DNA of 63,995 nucleotides, counting the filler, from Porpidia crustulata (taxonomy: Eukaryota): NCBI GenBank assembly GCA_964255105.1. It is 5 parts of 5 records of this genome, joined end to end, with 100 filler letters (N's around TTAATTAATTAA, not from the genome) between each part and the next. Parts side by side here need not be neighbours in the genome. Positions count along the whole stretch, not along the records: positions 1 to 12,944 come from CAXUWE010000473.1; positions 13,045 to 25,937 come from CAXUWE010000474.1; 3 more parts are not named here. One strand, 5' to 3'. The position numbers and the translations under genes are program-made. Below, one piece after another: positions 1 to 13,420 of this stretch. Under the pieces are notes generated by a model. That model was not told where the DNA came from, ran no database searches, and saw only the letters and a program-made list of their open reading frames with translations. Every line of letters starts with the position of its first letter. Position 1 is the stretch's first letter.

Positions 1-1526
1 GCAAAACCTTTTCATAATCCCCACTCGTCTCCCCGCGGATCCTCGCTCCCAGATCCTTATTGTACCTCGCCCGATACGCCCCCTTGACCTGCGCCATATG
101 TCCGCGGTCCCAATGCATGGCCACCATCCGACACACCAGCATTTCGTCCTTGGTGCCAGGCCCCCTCATGCACTCCTCGAGCAGCCGGGCGTCGCGCATG
201 GCCCGGTCCGTCGCGCCGCGGACTATCCGGACCAGGGCGTCTTCCATGTGTCCGGCGAACTCGCGCTCGAGGACTTTCTCGAGCGGGACGCGGTAGCGGT
301 GCTCGTAGGCGTGCGCGACGGCGCGGTTGTGGCCATCGCTGCGGTTGCTGAGGATGGAGCAGACAGTCAGCTGTTCGGTGCCGACTTTGGCTTCGGTGGC
401 GCGGTGCAGTTCCGCGACGTCGGCGTCAACCTGCTGCGAGATTACGGGGGCGGATTCTTCTTGCCGGGAGGCGGAGACGATCATGGAGAAGAGACGTTCG
501 GTTTTGGCTGAGAGATCGCCGCGGACGTCGGATTCGAGGGAGCGGCGATAGGTTTGCTGGTAGGCGTGTTTGATGGCGTTCATGTCGGCGTTGCTCCTTC
601 CGATGAGCACGTCATTTAGCAGAAACTCCTTGGTGCCGGCGCCGCTTATTGCTTTGTTAAGCGCCCATACATCTTGCTGCAGAGGACCGCGTAGAATCGC
701 GGAGAGCGTCATGTTGAAGTATCCCGAAGTTTCCGAATCGACGTCGTTTTCCAGAGAGCGGTGATGACGTTGCTGGTATGTTTGCCTGAGTACGGGTAGT
801 TCAAGCGGCCCCATATGGGCAATAATACGGATAAGGATAGCTTCATCAGTGCCGAATCCCTTCATCGCCTTGCGGAGCGCATCTGCTTGTCCGGACGCAT
901 CGAATTGTGTCATCTGCCCAGGCACATACCCTGGTGATGGAGGTGTTGGCTTGACTGGAGGAGCGCCGTATGGTTGCGGTGGCGGTGCTCCATAGGGTGC
1001 TGAGGGTGGTCCGCCATACGGCGCTGGTTGCTGGTGCGATTGCTGGGGAGGATATCCAGGTGCCCCATACTGGCCTGGTGGGGGTTGCCCATAGTGCTGT
1101 TGAGGTTGCGGTGATGGCGCCCCATATTGTTGATGCGGAGGATATTGACCCTGCGGGGGATGTGGGGAAGGTGCTCCATAGGGTTGTTGTGGTGGGTATT
1201 GACCTTGGGGTGGTGCTCCGTAGGATTGCTGGAACTGCGGAGCACCTTGCGGAGGAGCTCCGTACGGCTGCGGTGCTTGACTTTGCGGTTGCTGATAATA
1301 GCTTTGAGATTGACCATAACCTTGAGGAGGCCCTGGAGGACCACCGTGCTGTGGTGGATACCCTTGTGGTGGATACTGGCCCGGTGGAGGCTGATGATAG
1401 CCTGGTTGAGGCGAATCTGAGTGACTGTGAGCAAAAGATGAAATCAGTAAGTATAAAGTTGGACTTACGGCTTGGGCCAGGTCCATATGGTGGGTAGCCG
1501 CCGCCTTGAGGGGGGGGATAAGCCAT
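1..1526 (-). CDS. Annexin (A7/A11-like) with Pro/Gly/Tyr/Gln-rich N-terminus; 3' end runs off the window
   Basis: ATG 1526 (MAYPPPQGGGYPP). Intron 1468-1417 (GTAAGT..CAG) restores a frame missing from the ORF track: YGAPP-type repeats, then annexin repeats ADALRKAMKGFGTDE, ALNKAISGAGTKE, LEECMRGPGTKDE, IRGETSGDYEKVL. Confidence 0.93.
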
Positions 1527-2231
1527 AGATTTTTCAAAGATAGAATACGATTATGTTAGTATCAAAGATACTGGTTCAAGAGTTGATGTAAAGCCGTGTT
1601 AAAGATACGAGATGAGGACTTGAGAGGGTAAAGCTTTATATGCTGGCAACTGGTTGAGGTGTACGAGACTCGGGAAGGGTAATGGAAGGAGGGGCAGCCG
1701 GGATATCGTCCGACTAGATTTGCTCTTTTGCAGTTGCGAACGACTCACTGAATCAGATTATGATAAGTAAATAGCTTGATACTGAGGAAAAAGTAAGAGG
1801 CCAAGTGAGAAATAGTCAGCAGGCCTTGAGTATTTTACAAATGCTCTCATAAATTGAACCATCAAAAGCCCCTCGATTACTACGTCAAGTAGTGGGGCTG
1901 AGTAGAGTTGTGGCAAAGGGTCCTCACTAGCCTCAAAATCGTCATTGCGGCTGAGCTGTAGGGCTCAGTTGGCGTGCTCGAGGAACATTCAGGGACCAGA
2001 TTGGCTCGAAGGTTCAGAGTATCTAGAATTAGGGTTGTTCGTGACCATGTTCCTAATCGATCAACCGCGAATGAAAGATAGCGATTGATCTCATCTGCTA
2101 GTCTGTTCATACGTCTAGTCACTTGAAGTGCTTTGGAATAATTAGCATTAGAAGAGGAGTCGAGACCACAATAATTCCAATAGCATTGTGACGAAGCTGC
2201 GATCTTACAATTGATGCTATGGCTGTTTTCC

Positions 2232-3562
2232 TCATCCATCTTTCACCCAGCTGCCATCCTTCATTTGCCCTTCATGTTTGCCGCCCTCCTCTCTCCACGT
2301 ATCGACCAATCCCTCCTTTGGATCTTCATCAGGAAGTCCGCGTAGTCTACGGACCTTCAGAACTGCCGCCCTCACTTGCTTCGTGCATTCCTCTCTCAAT
2401 ATCTCGGCCTCCCTCCCATACTTCAATTCATCGCCAAGGATTCCCATCGCCTGATCTGCGACCCCGCCCCGTATCCTGTTTCTCTCTACAATATCACGCC
2501 ATTTTCTTCTCAGCTCATGGAAGACGGCGTTTCCCTCGGTGCCTTCACCGCCAACATTCTTTCCAAACCAGACACCACATCTTTTGCCAATTCTAGGGAC
2601 GAACCTCGGGTATTCTCTTGCTTCGTGCATGATCTGATCGTTGCCCTCGATCCAGATAGGGATAATGTCGGGACATACGTCCGGCTCGAGTATCAACCTT
2701 GCGACACCCCATTTGAAGTAGCGCATTGTTTTCTTGGCGTGTTGGTGGACCCTGCCTTCAGGGAATATATGTAGCCATGAATATCTCCTCGAAGCATATG
2801 ATGAAGGGGCGGGGAAGGTATCTTCGCCATTTGTGGAATAGGTATGCGTTGGCGAAGAGAACGGGTCTGTGATATCTGGAGATTGCAAGGAGTGGTCTAT
2901 CGAGAGGGAGGACTTTGTATGTGAGGGCGTGGTGTCAAATGGAGGACGAGAAAGAAGTCGAACAGCTTCGGTCATGGACGGTTGGAAGAGTCCACCAAAA
3001 TCGCTGTGTGCACGACGGTGCGTAGGTAATACTTGGCCAAGTGTGAAAAACGAAGAGACTATCCTAGCGTTTCCCAGATATGTCAGCCATTTCTTTCATT
3101 GTCGGCTAGAGCGGGGAACAGACTTATTCTTGAAACATATATCGTGGCTGCCGAGGCCCCAGCGATGGTTACTGGGATTGAAGTGATAACGAAAAGGTAG
3201 TGTGCCGAATATTAAAGGATCATCTATTCTATACGCGCATGGAGTGTTAGATTCACGAGCCACGGCAATTCCTAGGGTTTGTGATACATACGTACACGCT
3301 AACATGATTTGATACTATGAGCAGGCAAAGTCAGCGCGAAGACCTCAGCTCAAGTATTTTCCAACTTACCAGTAATGAGCCCTCGCTGTCTACCTTCTAT
3401 GTCGCGCCTCTCATCTAAAAGCTCTAGAAACCCATCAAGCCCATGAACCTCAGTTGTGTTTGCGCCGAACATTGCAATGCGCGAAATAGATCCTACGATA
3501 CCCATGACTACTGAGGATCCCATCCGCCATGGCAGGCTGGGCTGCTCGAGTGGAGTGGCCAT
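2232..3562 (-). CDS. TAZ1: Tafazzin (cardiolipin transacylase), multi-exon
   Basis: Exons encode RGLITV-SNH..DDPLIFG, RWGLGSHDICF, WLHIFPEGRVHQ, MRYFKWGVARLILE, IIPIWIEG, all tafazzin acyltransferase motifs. Confidence 0.92.
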
Positions 3563-3938
3563 GAGATGGGAGGACGCTATTCATAAAGAGATTTCAATAG
3601 TGATGTCCTGACGAGGGAGCAGATCTTTTCCAGGTTCACATGACGATGGTCTCGCTTCTGGCTTAGCGACGTTCCTGGAAGCAAGGTCACGCGAACTAGC
3701 CCCTAGCCCTCAGGAACCGACCTCTTGATCATTCGAATCCTTGAACACTTTGAATGACGATTAACGAGCACTGTGAAGAGCTTTATACATCGGCAGGCTA
3801 TAGAAAGTTATGTAGACAAACATATAAATGGGTATCTGGCGCCGTCAAATGCAGGATTTTCCCAGAAAAAACAGTCCTCGAAACGCCGTTCAATGCTCAG
3901 CCCCCCTCTCCATGGTTGGCGTTCTCTTCTTGATCGGT

Positions 3939-5896
3939 CTAACATGCATTCATCCACCCTCGAACACTGCTATCTTCCTTTGAGACGACAAGATACTCCG
4001 CCCTCCCGTCCGCGTTCATATCCGCAAATTGAACCCCCTGCCCCGTTTGCCCGACACCGAGGCCCGCCACACTTGTGTCCGCCCACTTCACCTGTGCTCT
4101 GTTGTTCTTAATAGGATCTGTCCCGAGGTTCATTCTTGCGTTGACGCCTCCATGCTGTTCGTAGACTTCAAGGTAGTCAGCCCGGCCATTGCCATTAATA
4201 TCAGCAAAGTGGACGAGATTGATGTCGATGAAGGCGTCGGTTTTGGATGAAGCTAGTACAACGCCGGCATCTTCCCATTGGTAGCTATCTTTGGAGTCCG
4301 GGCCTTTGTTGAGGTATGCGGTGACCTCACCATTGCTGGCAACGTGGATATACTCGGGGAGGCCATCACTATTAAGATCAGCAAATCGGACGCCGGCACC
4401 TGCTTGATCCCCCTTGGACAAGAAGATGAGACCAAGAGGCCGCCAGTCGACTTTGGCGGCGTTAGGACCATAGTGATCGGAGCTCCCGGTGTTGAGCCAG
4501 GCGGAGACGGAGGCATTGGGATGCACATGTAGATAATCAGCGCGGCCATCGCCATTGATGTCAATAAAGAGGACATTTTCCCTGCGAACACCGTCCGCTT
4601 TAGGGGTGACGACGGCTTGGGAGTTCCAGTGCATGAGGGCGTTTCTAGGATTGGGCATATTTTTATAGGCCGGCTCCGTGGTGTCTGGGGCGCGCTGATT
4701 GAGGTAAGCGGTTGCAGAGCCATCTTCAGCAACCCAAAGATATTCAGCGCGGCCGTCGCCACTGAGGTCGGCGAAGCGGACAGCGGATTTTGACGAGGAC
4801 ATGCCGGAGCAGGTTGGGCCGGACTTTGGCACGGATTCAGTACCAGCGGATATGCCCGTGCCGAAGGTGCAGGTGCATTTGTTTTTGTCCTTGGGGTCGT
4901 CCTTGCATACGGTTCCTTCCCAGATATTTTGGCCCGGATTGTATTCTTTGAACATCCCGCCTTGTTGTTCGGACCAGGACGGCATGGTCTGGCAGGTCCC
5001 CTTCCTATCTTCAGCAGGCGCTGATTTAATCCACCCCATTCCATCCGCCGTGATGAGGGCATCGCGCCATGCATCTGCCATCTTCTGGTAGCCTTGAGGT
5101 TTGGGATGTTTGCCATCGGATGAGAGGTCGTTGACTGACACGGCTTTGTGCATATCAACCACCATTACATGCTTCTTTTCGTCTGTGAAGGACTTAACAA
5201 TCCCAGGAAGTGCATTGTTGAAATCTACGGTAAGTTTGTCCTTGGCCGGGTCTTTTCTAGGGACGATTTGTGCGACGAGGACAAGTACATCGGGGCAATT
5301 GTCAACGACCGCTTGTATCAGACCTCTCATATTACTAGGGGCATCGGATATGTCTTTCGGATTAGTACTGTCCAGGTCGTTCGTGCCAGCATGTATGAGT
5401 ACAACATTCGGGCGCTGCTTGAAAGCTGGACTTGCAATATCTTTGACTCCGTTGATTCTATAGCCAGAGTAGCCGCTACGCAAGGTACCAAATTAGCTAT
5501 TGTTTGTTAAAGACGAACATGATATCTAGCCCTGAGGGGAGGGCCCGCTAGGCAAGTACCCAGGATGTCATGTTCTCGATCGGGTGGGAAAGGAAAAAAC
5601 TTACTCATTGAAATTATCGGGCATGTATCCTTCTTGTCGCGATCCAAGCATTTCCACTATGTTCCCTGCGAGTTCATGTACGAGGTCGAAGCGGTATCCA
5701 TTCAAGCCAGCTGCTTCACTGTTGTCACCCTTGCCTGTTGTGATCGAGGCTATTCACGGAAACCGTTAGTCATTGTAGAAGGGGTATTTGAAAATGCTGA
5801 TAACGTACCTCCTAATGGCAAAATCCTCAGGTTGAGATTGCTCAAAGCAGCAGCTAGTGTGCTCGATAGCACCAAGGAAAGTATCGCCGTCCGCAT
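3939..5896 (-). CDS. Secreted SGNH/GDSL esterase (CE3-like) with C-terminal FG-GAP/VCBS repeats
   Basis: ATG 5896 gives signal peptide MRTAILSLVLSSTLAAA then RILPLG/ASIT after an intron (5808-5750); second intron ~5604-5479; blocks HAGTND and DGKHP; five repeats of the form (R/H/Q)FAD(L/I/M)NGDGRA(D/E)YL. Confidence 0.88.
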
Positions 5897-7003
5897 CACT
5901 AAGCTTTCTAGAGGATATGTATAGAAATCGTAAGGAAGACTCCGGTTGAGTCATGCGATATAGAAGGGATACGGAAATGAAACGTATGCGTAAGAATCGA
6001 CAAAGCCCGTGAAGCTGAAATTTGAACATTGCGAAGACTCGACAATGATATAGATTGAAAGAATGCAATTTCATCCTGTAAAAGAGAGGCGCAGGTGGAA
6101 AGACTCGCTTCCTGACCTCAACTCCTTTGTTGGTGAAATAGAACAGGCGCATTGAGAGTTGGTCTTGACACCGCCTAATATTAGCTGATACGATAAAATA
6201 GACGCATGAAGCTCTTTGTGCTACTATTCCATAATATAATTTGACTAAGACTCCTCATTGTAATATCGGTAATTGTGCAAAGGTCAGCTAAGGACGAGGC
6301 AGGACAAAGAGAAACACGCCGGTGGGAGCACAGTTAGTGGCGATGAGGATTGCGAAACAAAATCCTTGAAATTGGAGTCAAGTTCTCTGTAGGAACGTAT
6401 CTGTCCAACATTACGACCTGAAACGCACACAAGCTCCTCGTGCAGACGACAGGTTGCCCGAATTGATCTTGAAGATATGCATAAGGTACTCGCAGGTACA
6501 ATTAGAGAATCTCTTGTCATCGTCTTACTGGCAGACAAAGAGATCTTGTCGGTACTAGTGTGTGTGGATTTCAAGGATGAGGAAATGATTAGGATAGTAG
6601 GTGAGTAGCTTGAATAGTAAAAGGGCACATAAAACATGCAATAATCCTTCAAATTCCCTCGCTACGCACTGCCACCACATTGCTGATGCTAAGTAAGCAG
6701 CAGGAACTGGATACCGATTTAGAAAGCTCAACTCACCAACCTGACGAGTCAGAGAGAGAAGAATCGAAGTTGGAATTATTGAATCTTGTTTCATCCAATC
6801 CTACTGAATTGGTTTTGTGAAAGCTCAAAAGCACCGATTCACCTTCGTGCGCCCACTCGCGAGGGACTCTGTAGACCTCAGGAGAACGCCTTACAGCATG
6901 TGAGGTAACACAGTGCCGATACGCAGCTTACTACATTGCTATATACTGAGTGTGCAATCTCCAAGTCTCCATCATTAACGTATCCCACAGGTCATACCAC
7001 GGT

Positions 7004-9781
7004 TCAGTCAGCATAACCGACATCGCGATGCTTGGAGCCACTTCCGTCAAATGCTGGAGTGTCATACGTTCCATCCGGATCTAAGTCGCCCTTGTCAGCA
7101 TTTCGAAGCGGAGGAAGAGGCTTTCCAGGCTTACCTTTACCGGTAGCCATTATGTATTCCTGCGTCTTGACCAGATCGTGGTGAAGGGTGCTCAGCGTTT
7201 CATGCATATCCAATTTGACCTTTTCATTTCGTTTTGCTGCTCCCTTGATCGCCGCTTCAGCTACATGATATCGACTGACCCGATTGCGCAGCATCATGTC
7301 TAATGGGGTGGTGGTGCTGCCCTCTTCACTGTAGCTCTCAATGTTGACCCGATGGAGTTGAGGACGACCAAAGAGTAGACCCTTGAGTTCGTTCGCGTAG
7401 CCATGGTAGTTGAAATGGATGGGTCGATCGGGCGTGAACAATGCGTCGAAATCATCATGAGAGAGGGCATGGGGGTGAGTTCCCTCATTCTCAAGTACCA
7501 TGAGGTCAGTCACATTAACAACGCGAAGGCGAAGATCTGGAGCTCTCCTCTGGAGCATCGCTGCTGCTTCAATGACTTCAAAGGTGATTTCGGCACCAAT
7601 GCCGACCACAACAACATCCGGGTCAAGCCCATCATCAGTACTTGCAAATTTCCAGACCGAAGCACCAGCACGACAGTGTGAGTCCGCTTCCTCGGTTGAT
7701 AAGAAAACTGGCTGTGGCTGCTTTGAACCGACCATGAGGTTGACATAATTCACCGAGCGAAGACAGTGAGCTAAGGTTGATAGGAAAGTATTGGCATCAG
7801 GAGGAAGGTAGACTCGAGCAGCCTCGGGTTTCAGGTTCAGGACAGCTCCGATGAAAGCTGGATTTTGGTGTGAAAAGCCGTTGTGCTCCTGACGGGTCCA
7901 TGTACTTGTCTCGATGTAGTTGATGCTGCTGATATCCTTTCTCCAATTGGTTTCACGAGCCATTTTGTTGAATTTGCTATATTGGACCATCATCGTGTGA
8001 ACTATACCCAAAAAGCTTTCGTACGACGGAAAGAGACCGGTTCGTCCAGTTAAAGTGTATCCCTGGAGGAAGCCTTGGCATGTGTGCTCCGAAAGTATCT
8101 CAACCACCCTGCCGCCACGAGCGTTGGCGAACTCATCCCATTGAAAATTTCGACCTGTGTGCCGAAAAACAGCATCCAATTTATTACTGACGAGTTCATC
8201 TGGCGAGAAAATACGGATGCTATGCGGGTTGTCCACTAGTGTCTGGTCTAGGAGCTCGCCACAAGCTTGCATACAGCTGGCTTGCTCTCCTTTCTTCGCG
8301 GCAAATTTTCTCCAGTCCACAATCTTCAGAACCTCATGCGACCCATAAGTATCTATCTGCTGTCCAAGCTTTTTGCTGTCATCCCTGGGAATGATGCTGG
8401 ATATTGCTTCAACCGGAACACCCTCGCTGGTGAAAAGTTCCTTTGGCCTATAGCTTCCGAGCCAAGATTGAAGCTCTCTCAATTCACCCTCGTCCTTTTT
8501 GGCGCCCATTAAAGGTACTTGATGGGCCTTGAACGACCCTTCCATGAACTCGCCATGCACCTTTTTTGGGGCGCCCCACCCCTTGGGAGTCCTTAAGATC
8601 AGGACTGGCCAGCGAGGTTTCATGATAGGTTTCCCGGATCGAGCTGCTTTCTGGATGCGATGTATTTCGCTCAGAGCCCACTCCATGGATGCACTCATAT
8701 CGGCGTCGATGTTGTCTAGATCTTCCACAAATCGGCATTGGTAACCATAGCCAGTAAACAAAGCGACCATCTCCTTGTCGTCCATACATCCATAGATAGT
8801 TCGCTCACTGATTTTGAATCCGTTAACGTGCACTATTGGAATGACAGCTCCAGACTCTTTCGGATCGATGTATTTGGCCGCATGCCAAGCTGTAGCCGTT
8901 GGTCCACTCTCTGCTTCGCCATCTCCCACAATGCATCCTATCACAAGGTCGGGTTTGTCCATAACAGCACCGAAGGCTACCGAAAGGGCATATCCTAATT
9001 CCCCTCCCTCATGGATAGCGCCTGGTGTTTCTGCATTAATGTGGCTACGTAACCATTAGCTAGGCTAGCAATCGGGATTATTGCATAAATGAAAGAGGGA
9101 AGCTTTGTGCGGAACGGACGAAGCCTAGAAAGGCTCCGCGTGCCATTGAACTTGGATGGCTCGAAAATTGAGTAGAGAAACCTGACATACCTAGGGAAAC
9201 CGCTTGGAGTGCTGAACTTCGTGATGAGTTTGCGTAAACCGCTTGTAGTCCTGCTATACTCGGGGTAAAACCTACCAAGCGAGCCTTCGAGCCACAAACA
9301 CGCAAGAATTGCAGGCGCGCCATGGCCTGGACCAACAACGTATATGATATCCTGCTTATGTTTCGTGGCCAAAAGATTGAGATGCGAATAGACTAACGTC
9401 AAGCCCGGGCAAGTTCCCCAGTGACCTTGTGATGGCTGTCAGTCCTTGGAGTGAAGGAGGAAGCCTGGAAAGCACACACCGAGTAATCGGGGCTTGATGT
9501 CGTCGAATTTGAGATCTCTTTCAATTAGGATATTGTCCTGCAAAAAGATCATAGCTATCAGAAGGAGGTTAGCGATCAGGTTATACTTCGAAGGCTCTGG
9601 GTATGGATCAAGACATACAGGCAGCAATGTAATTAGCAGCACGCCTGAAAGCTTGCAGCCCTTCACTGGTAGCTTGATCAAGCTTTGTCTTCTCCAACTT
9701 GACCGACAAGGAGAGAACATCGTCTGGGATATTTGATGCAAGTGGTTGAGGATTAGGCCGGTCAATGATTTCTCCAGGCAT
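7004..9781 (-). CDS. xfp: Xylulose-5-phosphate/fructose-6-phosphate phosphoketolase, multi-exon
   Basis: MPGEIIDRPNP start; IKPRLLGHWGTCPG, GPGHGAPA, HEGGELGY, TPP motif GDGEAESGP, LSEHTCQGFLQGY, RQEHNGFSHQ, EEGSTTTP. Confidence 0.97.
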
Positions 9782-10428
9782 GTTTGCGATTCTCAAGAGT
9801 CTCTTGAGGCTCGTTATGGAAGTTTGAGAGAGAACCAAAAGGATGGAATCAAGATAGAGTCGTGGGTCTTACTACGTTAAGGATCGAGGTGTCCAACGTA
9901 GCATCGGGAGCCAAGGAATATAGGATACAATAGTCCGAAGTGAGTTCAAACGTTTATTCACGGAGGTTCTGCGTCTTGCCTAAGTAGTACCATATTCACA
10001 TTGTCATTATCCAATGCTACCCCATCCTTTGGCGGGTCATCGAATGTTCTTCGGTCGCTATGAGCCAGTAGTCTGCTGCACGGTCGGCTCCGTGAAGGAG
10101 CAATCGTCGATTGGGAACTCATCGGCTTTGCTATCCCACAAGCAGAGTCTTAGCCTGTGGCAAAGGGTTCTATTCAAACCTTCTTTCGAGAAAGGGTCTC
10201 TCTCTGTAGTACTATAATCTACGAACCCGCGCCGCTAGAGCGATTTATCGATTAGGGCTAGACCCTCGATCATCGTACCCTGCTGTTTGCCGCTACGAAC
10301 AATTCGGGGCCCTGTGATTGTTGGATTGCAATCGAACGACTTGGCTGAAGAACGAGTCATCGTCAATTTGTTCACGGCTTCAAAAGGTAGTCATTTCACA
10401 GCAGTTCTGTAACTTGCAAACGACGAGA

Positions 10429-11841
10429 ATGAATGTGATCTTGTCAATCAACGCCGGCTCTTCTTCAGTGAAAGTCTCGGTTTACCTTGCCAAGAAGCCG
10501 GAGAACCCTCCGACACAAATTGCTGAGGCCCAAATAGCCGGTCTGACAGCTCCGCCTTGTAATTTGACTTATCAACGCGGGTCTAAGAAAATCAAAAGTC
10601 AAAGTATCGAAGGCATCAAGTCACAAGAGGATGCATTCACATATCTTCTGGATCATCTCACTCAGGACGACGGCTTGACTGAAATAAGCAATAGAGACAG
10701 TGTTACTCATGCTTGCCATCGAGTCGTTCATGGAGGCGACTATGCCGATGCTCATGTCATAGACTCGGAAACGTACCATCGTCTGGAGGATCTTACAGAC
10801 CTGGCTCCTTTGCACAACGCTAGTGCCCTTGCTATTGTCAAAGCATGCACGAAACTTCTTCCCAAAGCAAAGAATATTGCGTACTTTGACTCTTCTTTCC
10901 ACGCGACTATACCAAAAGCCATTCAAACATACCCCATTGATCCTGAAATCGCATCGAGGAATAAATTGCGAAAGTATGGGTTTCATGGGATTAGCTATGC
11001 CTTCATTACCCGGTCTGTAGCAGAGTTCCTGAACAAGGACCCTAATCATACAAACATCATTGCGTTACATCTTGGCAGCGGTGCTTCGGCTTGTGCAGTC
11101 AAGAATGGAAAATCTTTGGACAACAGTATGGGGCTGACTCCATTGGCCGGCCTTCCAGGAGCTACAAGAAGTGGTAGCGTCGATCCAAGGTCGGTACTCA
11201 GCATTGCCCCTTTGTTATACTTGATTGCTGTATAATTAAGCCACGCCAGTCTGATATTCCATTTCACGCACGATGCTGGCAAGCTAAGCCCAAGTAGCAC
11301 AAAAGATATGCACATCAGCACCGTAGGTTACAGCCACCATGGCTAGAATCTAAACATACTCGAGCTCACCCAAGCACAGGCAGAAGAAATACTGAATAAG
11401 AAGTCCGGTTGGAAAGCGTTGACTGGTACGACTGACTTTGGAAAGATATCCTCATCGTCAGACCCACAATGCAAGCTCGCGTTCGACATCTTTGTAGATC
11501 GTATCATCGGCTACGTCGGAAGCTATTATGTGAAGTTGGAAGGCAAAGTGGACGCATTGGTCTTCGCGGGAGGAATAGGGGAGAAAGCGTCACTGCTCCG
11601 AAAGCAGGTCATAGAAAAATGTATTTGCCTAGGATTCACCTTAGACGAGGACCGCAACAGCGAAACAATCGAGCACATTGTTCAAGATATTGGAATGGCT
11701 GGAGCCAGTCATCGAACCTTAGTATGCCAAACCGATGAGCAGGTAAGAAAGGCTTTAGACTTGATGAAGTACTATCGTAGCAAGCTAACACACTGGTAGT
11801 TTGAGATGGCTCGGCAATGTGCTACGAGTTCGGGTTTCTAA
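10429..11841 (+). CDS. ackA: Acetate kinase, multi-exon
   Basis: ILSINAGSSSVK, HRVVHGG, LAPLHN, YGFHGISY, HLGSGASAC, SMGLTPLAGL, FAGGIGE, TDEQ/FEMAR; last exon 11800-11841. Confidence 0.96.
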
Positions 11842-11902
11842 GAGGATGGTGCCTGAAATTGTATGCCATGCCAACGTAACGGCGTACCACTTGCTACCTA
11901 CA

Positions 11903-12555
11903 TCAGTCACTGTAAGCGCTGCGTACCTTGACACCAGTTCCCTTAAGCTTTCTGTCAAATCTAGCTGTAAAGCAGTCCCGTGTGACGGCTACAGCTCTTC
12001 TATCAATGTCAAAAAGCTCAAATCCGAACCGTCGGAACAAGATAGCAAGTCTGAGATGCACTTTGGCATGAGCTAGGCTTTCCAGCCAGTAGTTGATCAG
12101 TCCACAAGCTGCGCAGAGACACGCAAGTAGACCACACTTTCGTCCTACACAGCCTCGCGTACCACGATCAAAGGCGTTAGAAAGCGTTCTAAATACTCGC
12201 CACGTGCTAAGGCTTGAAGCCACCGCTCTGGCTTGAATGGCCTCGAACTATGAAAAATTGCTAGATTCAATAATGTAAAGCGAAGATCCATCGAGATTGG
12301 CGCCTGGAATAGTAGGCAAATCATTTAGGTTCCGAGAAACCTGCCCTAAGTGATGAAACGGCAAAGAGAAAATGACAGAAATCATAGATTTACGCGGGGA
12401 TTCATGGGGCTCTGCATCGTCTGCCCAATGGAACTCTTGTCCCAACTGGAATATCCCAACCGTCATATCTTGAACACTTGTTCTGGCGCGATCACTGCAG
12501 GTCTCGAGGTCACAGACGTTGTGATGCGCAAGGTCTCTAACCACAGAGCTTTGGA
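11903..12555 (-). pseudogene. Cytochrome P450 relic (3' exons only, frameshifted)
   Basis: Minus strand reads ETLR (ExxR, ~12537-12526), YDGWDIPVG, ISMD..IF..FKPERWL (~12235-12218), then after a frameshift AFDRGTRGCVG (heme motif) and LAHAKVHLRLAILFRRFGFELFD. The motifs lie in different frames. Confidence 0.8.
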
Positions 12556-12944
12556 AAACATACTTAGCTAGGGTTTCAATATCGCGTGCCGGCTTTTGAG
12601 AGTCAAGATGTCCCGACCCAATCCATGTAGAGCGTATCGACCGTATCGACAAACTTTCATCCTGTAGAGTTTAACGCAAGGTATTACATGCACGTTCAAC
12701 AACCCGAAAACAGCACCAATCGTTTCTACGGCGGGAGAAGGAAAATATTGGTTCCATTGATCGATGAAGATACTGCGGGTTTGGGGGGGCGAAGACAGAG
12801 AGGTCGTTGGGTAAGATTTTGGCCGGAGGGAGTTTGTTTGGAAAATCTTTGTGGAGGGAAGGTTTGGACGTGTGAGATTTCTAAGTGTGTAAGGCGGGCT
12901 TCGGATGCGGAGGTTGGGGATGCGGGGGCTGGTGGTGGTGGTGG

Positions 12945-13044
12945 NNNNNNNNNNNNNNNNNNNNNNNNNNNNNNNNNNNNNNNNNNNNTTAATTAATTAA
13001 NNNNNNNNNNNNNNNNNNNNNNNNNNNNNNNNNNNNNNNNNNNN
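12945..13044. other. Artificial contig spacer N44-TTAATTAATTAA-N44
   Basis: N runs around a six-frame stop linker. Confidence 0.99.
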
Positions 13045-13420
13045 ATTTCTTCGTTGATTTACCCCCATAGCTAGGTAGTTAGGAGGCCCCTAACAAAATT
13101 CGTTTAATTTTAAAATCGAAATTAAAATATTAAGTACAGCGATATGTATGTGCAAAGTCTGTCGTTCTGACTCGATTTATTTAATAAGTGAACTCGTCGC
13201 TTTTTGAATAAGTCGTGTTATTTATTTACATGTCCTCAACCCGGCTCATCTAGCCGAGGTGAGCTAGGGTGAGCGCATCTCGAAAAGATCTCTCAGGGGA
13301 CCCGGTGATGGCACCCCTCCGATGTAATTAGACCTTGAGGGATAGTAAAGTTTTAAAAAATCCCGAAAAACAGCTTCTGCGGCCGATTGAGCGCACCTTG
13401 TCTATACACTGCTATATATC

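Noticed and set aside
60..1497. Several overlapping ORFs listed in the track
   Set aside because: Shadow or off-frame ORFs of the GC-rich annexin gene.
12989..13000. TTAATTAATTAA palindrome repeated four times at ~13-kb spacing
   Set aside because: Synthetic six-frame stop linker, not biological.
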